DNA of 64,000 bases, from contig NC_045697.1 in the NCBI RefSeq assembly GCF_009834535.1, positions 33,916,001 through 33,980,000 on the forward strand, given 5' to 3'. Shown piece by piece: positions 52,301 through 64,000 of this stretch. Position 1 is the first letter of the stretch. The number at the start of each line of letters is the position of its first letter. Both the position numbers and the translations under genes were made by a program. The stretch comes from Camelus ferus. Taxonomy: Eukaryota. Below the pieces are notes generated by a model. The model was not told the origin of the DNA and searched no databases. It saw nothing but the letters and a program-made list of their open reading frames with translations.

Positions 52301-53415
52301 GCTGCTCTGAGCCTTTTCCATTTGCTCCTTCTGGGGTTAAGAAAATGAAAGCAAGGACCTCAGAGGACCTTAGACAGGTCTGAAGAATAAAAACAAAAAC
52401 AACTAGGTTAAAACTAGCTCAATGATTTCTCTGCACTTTGCCCTCTCCTCTTGAAACCATGGCTGCGGACGATGCTGAGAAAGAGAAAATTGAGTCTGGC
52501 TTTGAGGTTCAAAGGCAGCAGATGCATCTAAATTCAAGTGGTAAATCACTGTGGTCTCCTTTATGAGGACATTAAGTTATCCAAGCTGGCTGCTTACATA
52601 ATTAGCGTTGTAACACGTCGGGCCTGGATTTGTGGTTACATGCTTGGCACACACGTGGTCTCGTGTTCTCTGCTCACAACTGGCTGCATGTTGTGATTTC
52701 GCTGTCTGATTTTGAAGATCAAAATCAGAAGCACAGGAAGGACGTACGGAGACAAACAGCAAAGATTAGACAAATGCTTTAGCATTTCCAGGTCTACTAA
52801 GTCACAGTGATGCTTGGACCGGAGACCACAGGTCAAATATTTAAAATTGTTTAGGTGGTTTTAATCCCTGATTAAAAGGAATCTTGAGAGGCTAATTCTT
52901 CTCACTTTCCTCCCATAAGAAGTTCCCAAGTATACCCATCGAGAAAATTGTTCATCTAATCAAACACCGCTAATCAGACCCTTCACTCGGGCTTTAATCT
53001 GTTGGTAAATAACAGCCTCAGACATAAGCAAAGTAAATGAACACCTGATGGTTTCAGGGGCAGCTTCTCTGCATTTCCTCTCCTTACCGTTTTACGCGCA
53101 CACAGACACTTGTGTACGCGCACTCAGGCACACAAAGGCAGTCTTAGTCTGCTGGGGTATGAAATCCGTGCAGTGATAGACTCTATTTTTAATTCCAAGG
53201 CTTAACTTCCAAATACTCCTGAGAGAGAGAGTGCCAATTTACACTGACCAATACCAGATTTTCATGAGAATAGTTTTATGAAAAGAAGGCATGAAGACTA
53301 TAGCCGGATGGAGAGAAAACGTGGCAGAGAAGATAAAAGCTGTCTATTTCCCCATTCTCTAAGACGTATCCAGCTCAAAGCACTGTGATTGAGTCACATG
53401 TCTAGATTTGGTTTT

Positions 53416-53574
53416 GTTTTTTGTCCTTGTTGTTTTGTTTTGTTTTGTTCTGGGGGAGGGAGGTAATTAGATTTATTTATGTATCTTTTTTTTTCCCAGT
53501 GGAGGTACTGGGGATTGAACCCAGGACCTTGTGCGTGCTAAGCACACACTCTATCACTGAGCTACACCCTCCCC
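53416..53574 (-). mobile_element. tRNA-derived SINE (camelid Vic-1-like) with perfect 14-bp TSD
   Basis: ggaggtactggggattgaacccaggacc...actgagctacaccctcccc; TSD ctagatttggtttt at 53402-53415 and 53575-53588. Confidence 0.92.
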
Positions 53575-56174
53575 CTAGATTTGGTTTTTGCCATTTTCAT
53601 AAAACATGCTGGCTTGTAAGAATTATAAGTCATCTTTTGATGTCTAAGTATTAAATTTTTCCATAACTTTTTTCCTTTAACAATTTTGTCCAAAGCAAAC
53701 ACTTGAACATATCTTGATTTCACTTCAAATTTTAAAAAGCAATCCAGTTTAAGGTTTATGTGGGTTCTGAAATATCTTCTGAAGTCCTATAAAAATTCCT
53801 TGTAGGGAGGACTCTGGAGGTCACGCTGTTACATTTTGGTATCACAGCCTCAAAATTTTTCCAACTCCAGTTACCATTTAGAGGCTAGCAGTTTGCTTTG
53901 TTCATTATCGCCCAACCCCTCTTTTCTTTTTGGGCTTCTACAGTTATTGAGTCAAGGAAGAACGATGCAAGAGAAGAAAACATCTTCCATGTAGTGCTAA
54001 GCCAAGTCCTTTTCAAGGAGTCCTTTAAGGGAAGTTTGCTAAATATAAGGTATGGGGAGGAGATGAGTGATTTTACTGATTTGGTCAGAGGTGTGTTTAC
54101 CATTCCCCAGTTTTTTGCTCATCTTATCTGTGAGTGCTTAAAAAGACTAGCACAGTGTATTCCCAGAGCTAGCTAAGATCTTATAGGCTTAACTACAAAA
54201 GAACCATGGGGATTTTTCTTAATAAAACACCTCACATGTGAGCATTAGGATCACAGGATTAAAACAACAACAACACTGAATGTCTTAAAATCATGACTTG
54301 ACCTCAAAGGCTCTAGGCCTTCCCTTTGTTAGGATGGGACTTGTCATCCTTTTTATTCAGACACTCTGATGGGAAAACATAGTTAAGAAAGAAGGATCCG
54401 TTAACCTGGCAGAGGTGAAAGAGATGAGGTGAAAATGCTTGGTGCTATGTTTTTGTTCATTGTTGTAAAATTCACGGACGCTTTAAACCCTGTCACACTC
54501 TATAAATAATTCTAGTAAAGAGTGCCAAGGGTAGAAATGGATTTCTCTACATGAGAGCTGGATGGCATTTGATGTCCTTAAATACACAGTGATCTCACGC
54601 CTCTTTCAAAGATACATCGAGTCCTGTTCGGCTTTCGCAACTGTGTCTGAAGACAGTGGTCAATACAACATCTAAAATACATTTGTTTATTTAATCCTTC
54701 TTTTCAAGTGGAATGAATATTATCTCTGAGAAACAAAACAGCTAACATTGTTTTTACTGCTTACCACTTATAAAGCGTGTGAGTTTCATGACTTCAGTGA
54801 ACCTTCCCAACACCCAAGATCTAGGTTTTATCATTTTTCTCATTTGACTGAGGAACCCCAAGGATGAATGAGGTAATGTATCCGAAGTCACAGAGCTAGT
54901 AAAGAGCAGAGAGTGTATGACCCACACAGTCTAGCTCACAACCAGTCGCACAAACATTTTAACACAGGGCCAAACAGTCCACATTTCAGTACACTGAGAG
55001 AATAGATTTCATTTTATTCAATTATAACTTCAATAGATGTATTTCCCAGATTACACCAGAAAAAAAAAGTTTGCTGAATTTAAAATCCTATTCAGAAGCC
55101 TAAAAGCCAATAAACTGCCATGATAATGTCTTCTGTGAGTTGATTTTCCATCTTCCAAGCAATCTCTGCTACTTTGAGATGAATTCAAACCTATCTCCAT
55201 CTTGACAGGGAAGGAAGGAACAAGATTTTTGTAAAGAGATGATTAGAATTCACTAGAGCACCCCAATGTCTTTGACAGGACGTGCCCAAACTTGTAGCAT
55301 CATGACAACTTGCACAAACCCTACGTGTAAGTTTAGCTCATTTATCCACCCAGGCAGTCCATTAACTTGATGTTAATGTGGCATTACACTTAACCTGTGC
55401 TTCGCATGTCTCTGTTCTTTAAAATGTCAACTTCTGATTTTGTTTACTTATTAATATGTGAACTCTGATTAGGTAGGAAGAGAAGACTATGCCAAGATAA
55501 TGATCCTCCCAAAGCTAGCCCCTGTCATTTACTTTTGCCATACTGTTCTTTCTGCATCTTACACCAGTGAGAAAAGCCAGTGAATCAGAATTGACTTCCT
55601 TATTGAAACCGGTTTTCAGAAAAGTATCATGCAATTGGATGTAGCTTCCACAATTCTCATACTCTGAATTCCTTTTAGATTCCATACATGACTGACTAAA
55701 GTTAGCTGGCAATCCACCTTTGTTTTATAAAATCTGGAGATTGCAGGTACTGAAAGTATTAAGCTGATGTTTTGATCCAGTGACTACAAATGTGCAGCCT
55801 TTTTACATTAAGAAAGCATTCACAGCAGCCTGTTATACACTCTGGTTTAGAAGGGCCTTCTCTTCACCTACTTGGCCAGTTATTCAACTACATTTATGCT
55901 GGTTTCCACTTTATATCACACCTCTGTAGCACATGGAACTCCATCTCATTTTAGCTCCAAAGGTACCCAGGTAAAGGGCGAATATATATTTAATCTAGAG
56001 AAGGCAATCAGTCTTAGAAGATACAGTGCAATGGGATGTAGTCTTTAGATACTTTTCCTGGCTATGACTTCTTCAATGACTTTCGTAGAATTACTTAACT
56101 CTTAATCTGTTATGTCTATGAATCTGCTTAGGGTAATTGAATAAAGATTATAAAAATGGATTGTTCTGGTTTGT

Positions 56175-56655
56175 ACACCAACATTCATAGTAATATTATT
56201 CACAGTATCCAAAAGGCAAAAACAACCCACATGTCCACCAACATATCAATGGATAAACAAAATGTGGCACACACATACAATGGAATATTATTCAGTCATA
56301 GAAAGGAATGAAGTCTTTATGCATGCTACAACATTATGAGCCTTGAAAACATTATGCCAAATAAAATAACCCAGGCACAAAGGATCAATATTGTATAATT
56401 CCAATTATATGAAATATCTAGATTAGGCAAATTCAAGGAGATAGAAAATAGATTAGAGGTTACTAGGAGCTGAGGAGAGGGAGGAATACAGAGGTAATGC
56501 TTAAATGAGTACAGAGTTTCTGTTTGGGATTATTTAAAAATTTTGGAAAAAATAGGCAGATGGTTGTACAACATTATGAAACAATTAATGTCACTGAAGT
56601 ATATACTTTAAATGCCCAAATGGCAATTTTATGTTATATACTATCTCACCATAAG
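56175..56655 (+). mobile_element. L1MB-like 3' end
   Basis: atggataaacaaaatgtgg...aggaatgaagt...ccttgaaaacattatgc...tacagagtttctgtttggga. Confidence 0.85.
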
Positions 56656-58879
56656 TTTTTGAGTTGAAGTTTGTATTAATTTACATTCAACATTGCCTTT
56701 TTAATAATACATTTTTGTAAGAATGCAATTTATTTCTGAGTATAGCTCTCTGTCTAAAACTTATATAGAAAAAACATTTTAAAAGACAACCAAAATAACT
56801 GCGATATTTATGGCTAACCTTCCTCATCTCTTTCCTGATAGAGTAGGAAACGTTTTAATATTCATCATGAGATTGTTTATTCTTACCATAATTTTTAAAA
56901 TTAATAATGTCATATGCTAAACACTAATTGAATTGTACACTTAAGTAAATGAATTAAATGGTATATATATGATAGCTCAATAAACCTATTTAAGAAAATA
57001 AAAAATATTGTTCTGAGGTTCAGGTGAATATCAGCAACTAAAAGGATGAGAAGGTGGGGAGATTTAGGGTCCACATGAAGAGGTCATGTGGCACCTGAGT
57101 GAGAGCTGACACTGTCAGAAGCCCATGAATTGCTCACGTTTGCTTCCAGCTCTTTTCTGAACATGCTGTATATTCTTGTGGCATTTTCGTTTCTACCCCG
57201 GAGACGGATTCATTCTGGGAACATAGTCATGACCCAAGGACCTAAGATGCACTACTGTGCTAAACTCTTGGTATTATCCGTGTTACAAGATATTAAGAAT
57301 TGAGGAACTGGCTCAATATTGACACCTTCCGTCTCCTCCGAGGTAACTGTGCTAAAGTCAAGGGTAACGTTGCTCACGCTTGCCTGCCTGTCACTTCAGT
57401 GACTCAGACATCACTTCAGACTGCAGACAGGGTTGACCATGCATCAGAACCTTGACAGCATTAGTTATTAGATTATTTATAGACCTTTCCATTCCCCCCT
57501 TAACTGAAATGTCCCTGGATACTTCATAACCTAAAAGCTTCAACTATTTTCTTTTCACCAAAGAAAGAAGAAGTCCAGAGTTATTAAATCTAATCTCACA
57601 TTTCACAAGTTTGGACTCAAATTTGATTCAATATCCCAATTTGCTCAATAATCCATTGTTTCTAAATGAACCACACCTCCTGACACTCCCTTTGTTATTC
57701 TATTTCTATCCCGTGTTAACTACCATAATACCATCATAGTATTTATCATATTGCACAATTTGGGGGCATATTTGTCAGTCTCCCCTAGTAAACTGTGAAC
57801 TTCACAATGGCAGGGACCACGTGCTCTTTATCTCCTTACTTCAACCAGAGTAATGGACCTGTCCTAAATGCACAAAAAAGTGTTAGCCAAATGAAACAAT
57901 GAATAAGAAATGCATCTGCAAATAAATGGCATTGAAAAATCCCAATAAATAAAATAAGTTTTTTACTAATTAAAAAAAAAGCACTTCAGTGAAAAAAATG
58001 TTGAATTTTGTGACTAGTAGGGTATTTAGTGAACCAGTCATCAATTACATGTGTAGAGATGTACATAACGCTTTCCTGGCACCTGTCAAAGCCTCTGTAG
58101 CTAGAAATATCCCTTCCTTACTGGTTGTGTACATAAATTCATACTCCAAAAGCTGCAGCCTTATTAAAGAAGAGCAAGGCATTGTCTTTCAAAATAAGCA
58201 TAATTCCCTGCTGGTGGTATAACAGAAATGGATCAAAGTCTGGCTAACTACTTTTTTCCAGGTTCATAATGCTCTCTGTTTACATTACTCATTTAAACTA
58301 TTAACTCAACTGATGAGCCATTCACGATAAACCAGGAAGGGAAGAATGCAGAACTCCCAATAGAATGCTTCCTCATGGTAGGATCCTGTCATTCTTGCCT
58401 AGGAAATATTGTGTATTAAATATGTGCTTCAGATTTTTGGCCCACTTGATTCCAATAGAAAATCTACATACATTACTTAACCTTACAGTTTAAACACTCA
58501 CTAAAGCCAAGAGCTGAAATATACACAGAGTCTGTAAAACATGAATGAAACAAAACTGGGATATACTTATAGAATGACAAATTATCCACATTAAATTTGA
58601 TAGCGGAAGGGGAGTCTCTCAGGGATCTACAGATTTTTGATTTCATATGAGCATTTGTTTGATTCTCATGTCTGGCTGTTCCATTTAAGGTAACTATTTT
58701 TACATCGTGACATTTCCCCTGTATTATTTTTGTTCTGATATTTTGAATAGGACTACCGGGTACTATTAAAAGCTGTTAATTTCAGCTCCTGAATAGATAA
58801 CATTTAGTGGAGAGAATAGTGATGTGTATTGTATTAATAGTGATTTATGCATTAACGATATAGTTTAACTTAAGATGTT

Positions 58880-59210
58880 GCTTATTCACTCACGGTGGAT
58901 TTATTAAATATTTTTTGAGACTTTACTATAAACCAGACACCACGTTAGGTGTTAAGGATCACAAAGATAATGAGCCTTGTTTTGTCCTGGAAGAACTCAT
59001 AGTTTAGTGGTGACAGTCTGATAAATTAATAGATATTTCCAATATTTGACTAGCAAAGATGGAGATAATCACAGGGGTTAATGGAACATTGAAGGTGGAC
59101 ACCTAACTCAGGCTATAAATCATGATGGCTTCCAAGAGGAGGTGACAAGTAGGAATTAGGATAAAGAGACATTCTGGATAAAAAGACAGCATGTGACAAA
59201 CCCAGAGACA
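58880..59210 (-). mobile_element. L2 fragment
   Basis: ccagacaccacgttaggtgtt...cctggaagaactcatagtttagtgg...ggcttccaagaggaggtgac. Confidence 0.65.
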
Positions 59211-60879
59211 TAAGCAACCATCCCCAGTTGCAGAATGCTGAGCCTTTTGGTCACTTACAAGGTTCTGAGCTTTAAAGCATTAGTTAACCAGCTGACGTTT
59301 TCCTTGCTTGGGTTCTTTCTGCCATCACCAGATTAACTTGCCCTTTCAGGTTTGTCCTGAGAATCTTAATCAGAACCCATTCTTTTGATTTGGATCTGGG
59401 CCTAATATGAGTTTATGACATCTTTACCTATTCACTCTAGCTTGACTATCTATTCCAGGTGACTGTCCAAGTCAGTGGAGCCCCACAGTATGGAGCATGT
59501 AAAATCTTCCCCACTAACAGTTCTATGTTACTTTATAACTTTAAAATGTCTTCACAGCTATCTTGTCTGTTAGGCATTAATTTTTAATACCCACTTTTAC
59601 AAGTTAAGAAAAAAGAAACTTACAGAGATTTCTGACAGAAAACAGATGGCACACTCAAAAATAAAGATAGTTTAGTATAAGGACTACTTATAAAGTGTAG
59701 ACTGATGTCTGAATATTTTAACATTTAGTTCAGGTGGAGGAGTTTTCTTACAATTTTTCTCTGCTTCACGGTTGGTTTTGGGGGGAACTGTTTATCAGCT
59801 GACATCGTATGATTCTCATTTCTCTTTTTTTCTTATACTGGCTTTGATTGCCATCTTCTGTTCATTATGAAATGTCTTAGATTTTTCTGAGCCAGAAGAA
59901 TAGTGATTTGTGTGGCTTATAAAATTTCTTAGCTGAAGAGGGCCTTTTTCTGTTAGTCTTGGAAAGTACGGTTTCTAAAAATCAATAGTGCTTTCTTTTA
60001 TTCTTTATATAAAGTGTTGATATAGCTTCTTACTTTGCAATTATTTCATATTTTAGTAAGAATCTTGATTTTTTACTTTTTCCCATTTTCTTCTTGATCA
60101 CCAAGCCGTTAAGGTTGTTCCTCATTTACAGAAATAGTATCTTAACAAGATTCCAGCCTCTGGTCTTGTGTGTACTTTCAATCTCCTTCCCTTCAGTGGT
60201 CTGAGCTACCAAGTCTTGGTCCTGTCCCCAGTATTTCTTCTCTTACAGTGGGACTCCTTTTGTCCAGAGTTAAGAGCATTTGTCTTTTATCTTCCCTGGG
60301 TGCCCGTTGCCCTTGTCTGTCTTCCTTAGTTTCCACCTGACTCTCAGTTCCAGCATGGGCTCTGTGCCTGGCTCCCCTGGTCTGGAAACATTTCCCTACT
60401 TATGTGTGAATTGTAGTTGTGGTTCTCTCTGTCTCCTGGTCAGGTTATAGGCAAAGGTTATGAGTGATTTGCTCTGTTCTTCTTGGGAATCTGTATTGTT
60501 TTTTGACAAATACCTAGAGAAATTGGATGTAGAAAGGCACCCTATACCATGGGAAATGAGAATTTCAATTGTGTTTTGAAAAAAAATAGATATTAATAGC
60601 CTCTTTTATGCAAAATATGGCTAGAAAAGTGTTCAAGTATCAGATATTGTGTTAATTCATATTTTTACTATTAAGTTAAAAAACTCTTCTCCCAAAATTG
60701 ATCTGAACTTAAAGGCCAACTGCATCAATAACAGTGTTCACTCTGAACCTCATTCTTGTTTCTAAGGCCATCAGTGAACAGAGTTTCACTATAGCAGCAG
60801 GAAGCTAATCAATGATGTTGTTGAAACTTGTAGAAGTCCCCCAAATTTCTGTCCTTTATTTCCTCTTCAGGGGCATAAC

Positions 60880-61330
60880 CCTGTTTCAGCTAGGCATTTG
60901 ACTGTGCTAAGCAAAGATTACATTTCTTAGCTTCTTCTATAGCAAAGTATGGATCATGGGACACATATGGCTCAATGGTACACAACCAAAAGCATCATGG
61001 TGTGACCTCTGTAGGGATCAGTAAAAAAAAAAAAAAAAAAAGTGAGTATTCTCTTATTCACTCTTCCTCATTTCTGCTGGATGGAATACCAGTATAATGG
61101 TTGGAGCTCAAGCAGCCTTCTCAAGCTAGGAGGTGAAAGTCCCACATGTTCAAGATGGAAGAATAACAAGATAGAAGTTACTCAGTTCCTTGATAATTGT
61201 GGAGTTGTCATATCACTTTAGGAATGCTAAATTGCAAATTGCATTTAAGAGAGATTAAGAAAAATCTGTGATTTTTAAGCCACTTTTATTTTGTGTTCTG
61301 TCATTCTCAGCCAGATTTAATTCTGAGAGT
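60880..61330. mobile_element. Old MLT1-like LTR
   Basis: ataatggttggagctcaagcagccttct...tttaagccactttt...ctgtcattctcagcc. Confidence 0.55.
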
Positions 61331-64000
61331 GAACTGGAATCTAAAAGTAAGCAGATAGAGACAACTGCTCAGTATCAACTGTAGCTGCTAAATATAGTAC
61401 TAAAATTACTTTTGGTTCATGCAAGAATAGTTCAGTTCTGAATCATCAAGAATAATGCTGCTTTGTCTATCCATTGAACTGTCTACATTATATACAGTTT
61501 TCATCCATCTTCTTGTTGATGTAATTGATTCTATATTATAAGATACTTGATCTACTATCTTAACTTATAATTACCATAATTTCTTCCAACTTTGTTTCTT
61601 TGAGAAGTTCATGAATGTTTTATAAGATTGAATCTTAGATACTTTATAATATATGTTTCTAATGAAAGTAAATTTCTTTTTCATCTATTATACTTTATAA
61701 TTAGTTATATGTAAGTATTGCTATTCACTTGTATAAGTTGGTTCCGTATCCAACAACCTCATTAAACTCTCATATTAATTCTAAAAGTTGCCTGTAGATA
61801 ACTCAATTCTTTGTTTAAAGTGTTCAGGAAATGTCACTGTAGATTAATTTATTTACTGTGTAACAACCAGTCCAGAAGACTAATCTAGGTAGATGAGGGA
61901 GAAAACAAACAAACAAAAAATGGATAAAATAAATAAGGGGTACCCTGAATCAGTGAAAAGTTAATATACTTTAATTTACTTTGATGTACCAGAAGATATT
62001 GAGTTTCTCTGCTTTTATAAATGAAGATAAAGATAAAAAGGATCAATCATATCCTTAAAAGACCCAGTAATTTTGATGTTTATTCCCCCAGAGGTTTCCA
62101 TGAACTTATCAACTGAATTATTGGAATTCACTTAGGTCAATACAGTAACTTGTTTGTGGGGAACAAGCTCACTTTAGAAGTGGGTGCTGAAACATTCTAG
62201 AATGGTCTTGGTCCAGGAATGAGCACTGCCTCCTCAGAGGCCAGCGCAGTCAAATTCCTCACTCACACCGGATGACTCAGGAGCGCTAAAGCAGCTCGCA
62301 CGGGGGCTGCGGGCTGCGTCAGGTACTGCAGTGGCTGACACCACACTCTATGAAGTCTTCTACCTTAAATGAATGTCTGCTATCGACAAATGGGAGTGGA
62401 CTGTATGAGCCACAAAGAATAGGCTCTCCAAGTTAAAAGATGGAAATAAATAGGAAAAGCGAACCATGAATAATTATCAAGATTTGAGAAGAAAGTTGAA
62501 AACCTCTGCCAGATTTCATGAGAACTTTTTCTCTTTTTTACAGTTCAAAACAAGTCTTTTCAGAGTGAGTCGATCGTTTTTCACCCTTCGACTCATTCGG
62601 AGTTCATTATATTATCACATATTGGTAATTTAATTTTACTATATTTAATATTTTAGGGTTGCTCTAACAGAGAGGAACGAGTGTCTTTGGCCTGTGCCTG
62701 AGATCAATCATAAAGAGACATACTGTTGTTTTCTATTCTGTGAAGGAAAAAAAAATCATGGTGATTGTAGAAACCATGAGATGGGAAAGTTAATCACTGA
62801 TCTTAAGCAGTTTTCTCCGGAATTAACCTCAGTGACAATGCTGCGCTGCAGAGGAAACACCTTGAGCCTTATTCAACATCAGTGCTCTTTGTAATGTGAC
62901 ACTCTCTGCTGCCATTTTTCACTCATAGAAATAATCCATTCTAATAAAAACTATGATCAGAGTCATATCTGGGCCAAGAGTCAAAAGTCACTCATAGATT
63001 TATAGTGAGAATTAGAGAATTCCAATGGCAAATGGACATATGATAAGAGAATCAACTCTGCTGGCAATTGATGAGTTAACGCTTCATACCCATTTGACTG
63101 AGAGTTAAGAATATGTACAATGTGGGACAATCCATATACATTTTAAAAGGTGGACAACGTACCATCGTTTATGAATGTATAACTTAGAGAGTGAGGATGT
63201 TCTGGAAGCTGATAACCACCATTCCAAGAATGGATGACAAATAGCACTGAGATAGAAAACAGGTAAACAGGGATTTTCAACTGTATCCATACTGAATATG
63301 GAGAAGGAATACATGCTTGTTGTATTACTCTGTATATTTCCTCATATCTGATATATCACTATAATCATTAATATTACCTTCCCGATTTCAGTAAATGCCT
63401 TATCTATTATTCAGAGAAGCCCAGAGCCTCATGTCTATCATTTATTCCTGTACTCTTCTACCTCACAGCCACAATTCTGTGCACCAGAACGCTCCAATGT
63501 CTGTGGAATTCTTACCCTTCTCTGAGGTTCTAATGCCCCTTCTATCTCTTATCTGGCTTCTATGATAATGTGTTGTTAGCTGTATTTCCTGACCCTCTTG
63601 TGGATTCTTCTCTCCAGTTACATCTAATCCAACTGCTGCCAAAGAGAACTTTTCATCAAAGCATAGCTCTGATTAGATTACTTCCTCTACTCAGAAATCA
63701 TCAGTGGTCTGTGTATTACAGTTTAAATTATTAAATGTGAAATTTAAAGCCCCTCATGATCAAGAGCCAACTCATCTTTTCTGACCTTATGCAACTGTAG
63801 CCGCCACAGGAGAGTGATTACGTGCTTTGCTCTGAAGTTAGGTAGACCTGCTTTCAGGTCTCTATTCTTGGCTCTCTACTCTTCATCATTGCCACAAATA
63901 TTGATTAAGCTCCTTGTAATGTTCCAAAAATTATTTGGAAAGCTGGAAATACACAAGTGAGCAAGAATATAAGGTTCCAGCTCTCACAGAACTTGTACAT

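Overview
This is mammalian genomic DNA, AT-rich and dense in transposon remnants, lying inside a large gene. The only supportable coding feature is one 221-nt internal exon on the + strand (7653-7873; acceptor TTTTACAG, donor CG|GTAAAC). It encodes [74 protein letters not shown], the GABA-A receptor beta-1 subunit (GABRB1) extracellular domain, equivalent to exon 4. The rest of the window is the flanking introns. These hold ancient mammalian repeats (MIR, L2, old L1/HAL1, MLT1, MER20, MER53, MER34-like) and younger insertions with readable target-site duplications (short tRNA-derived SINEs, L1 3' ends, an ERV solo LTR). The SINE and L1 types, and the absence of Alu, B1, BovB and PRE1, suggest a camelid-like cetartiodactyl; this is inference. 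I found no convincing new biological system. The observations most worth checking are splicing and 3'-end signals around the exon, AG|GTAAG recursive-splice-like sites, several 5'-inverted L1s, a short polyadenylated LTR-like retrocopy nested in an L1, a pure (ATTTT)23 repeat, and a few CpG/CRE/AP-1 clusters. Repeat family names come from recall of consensus sequences, and boundaries without TSDs are approximate.
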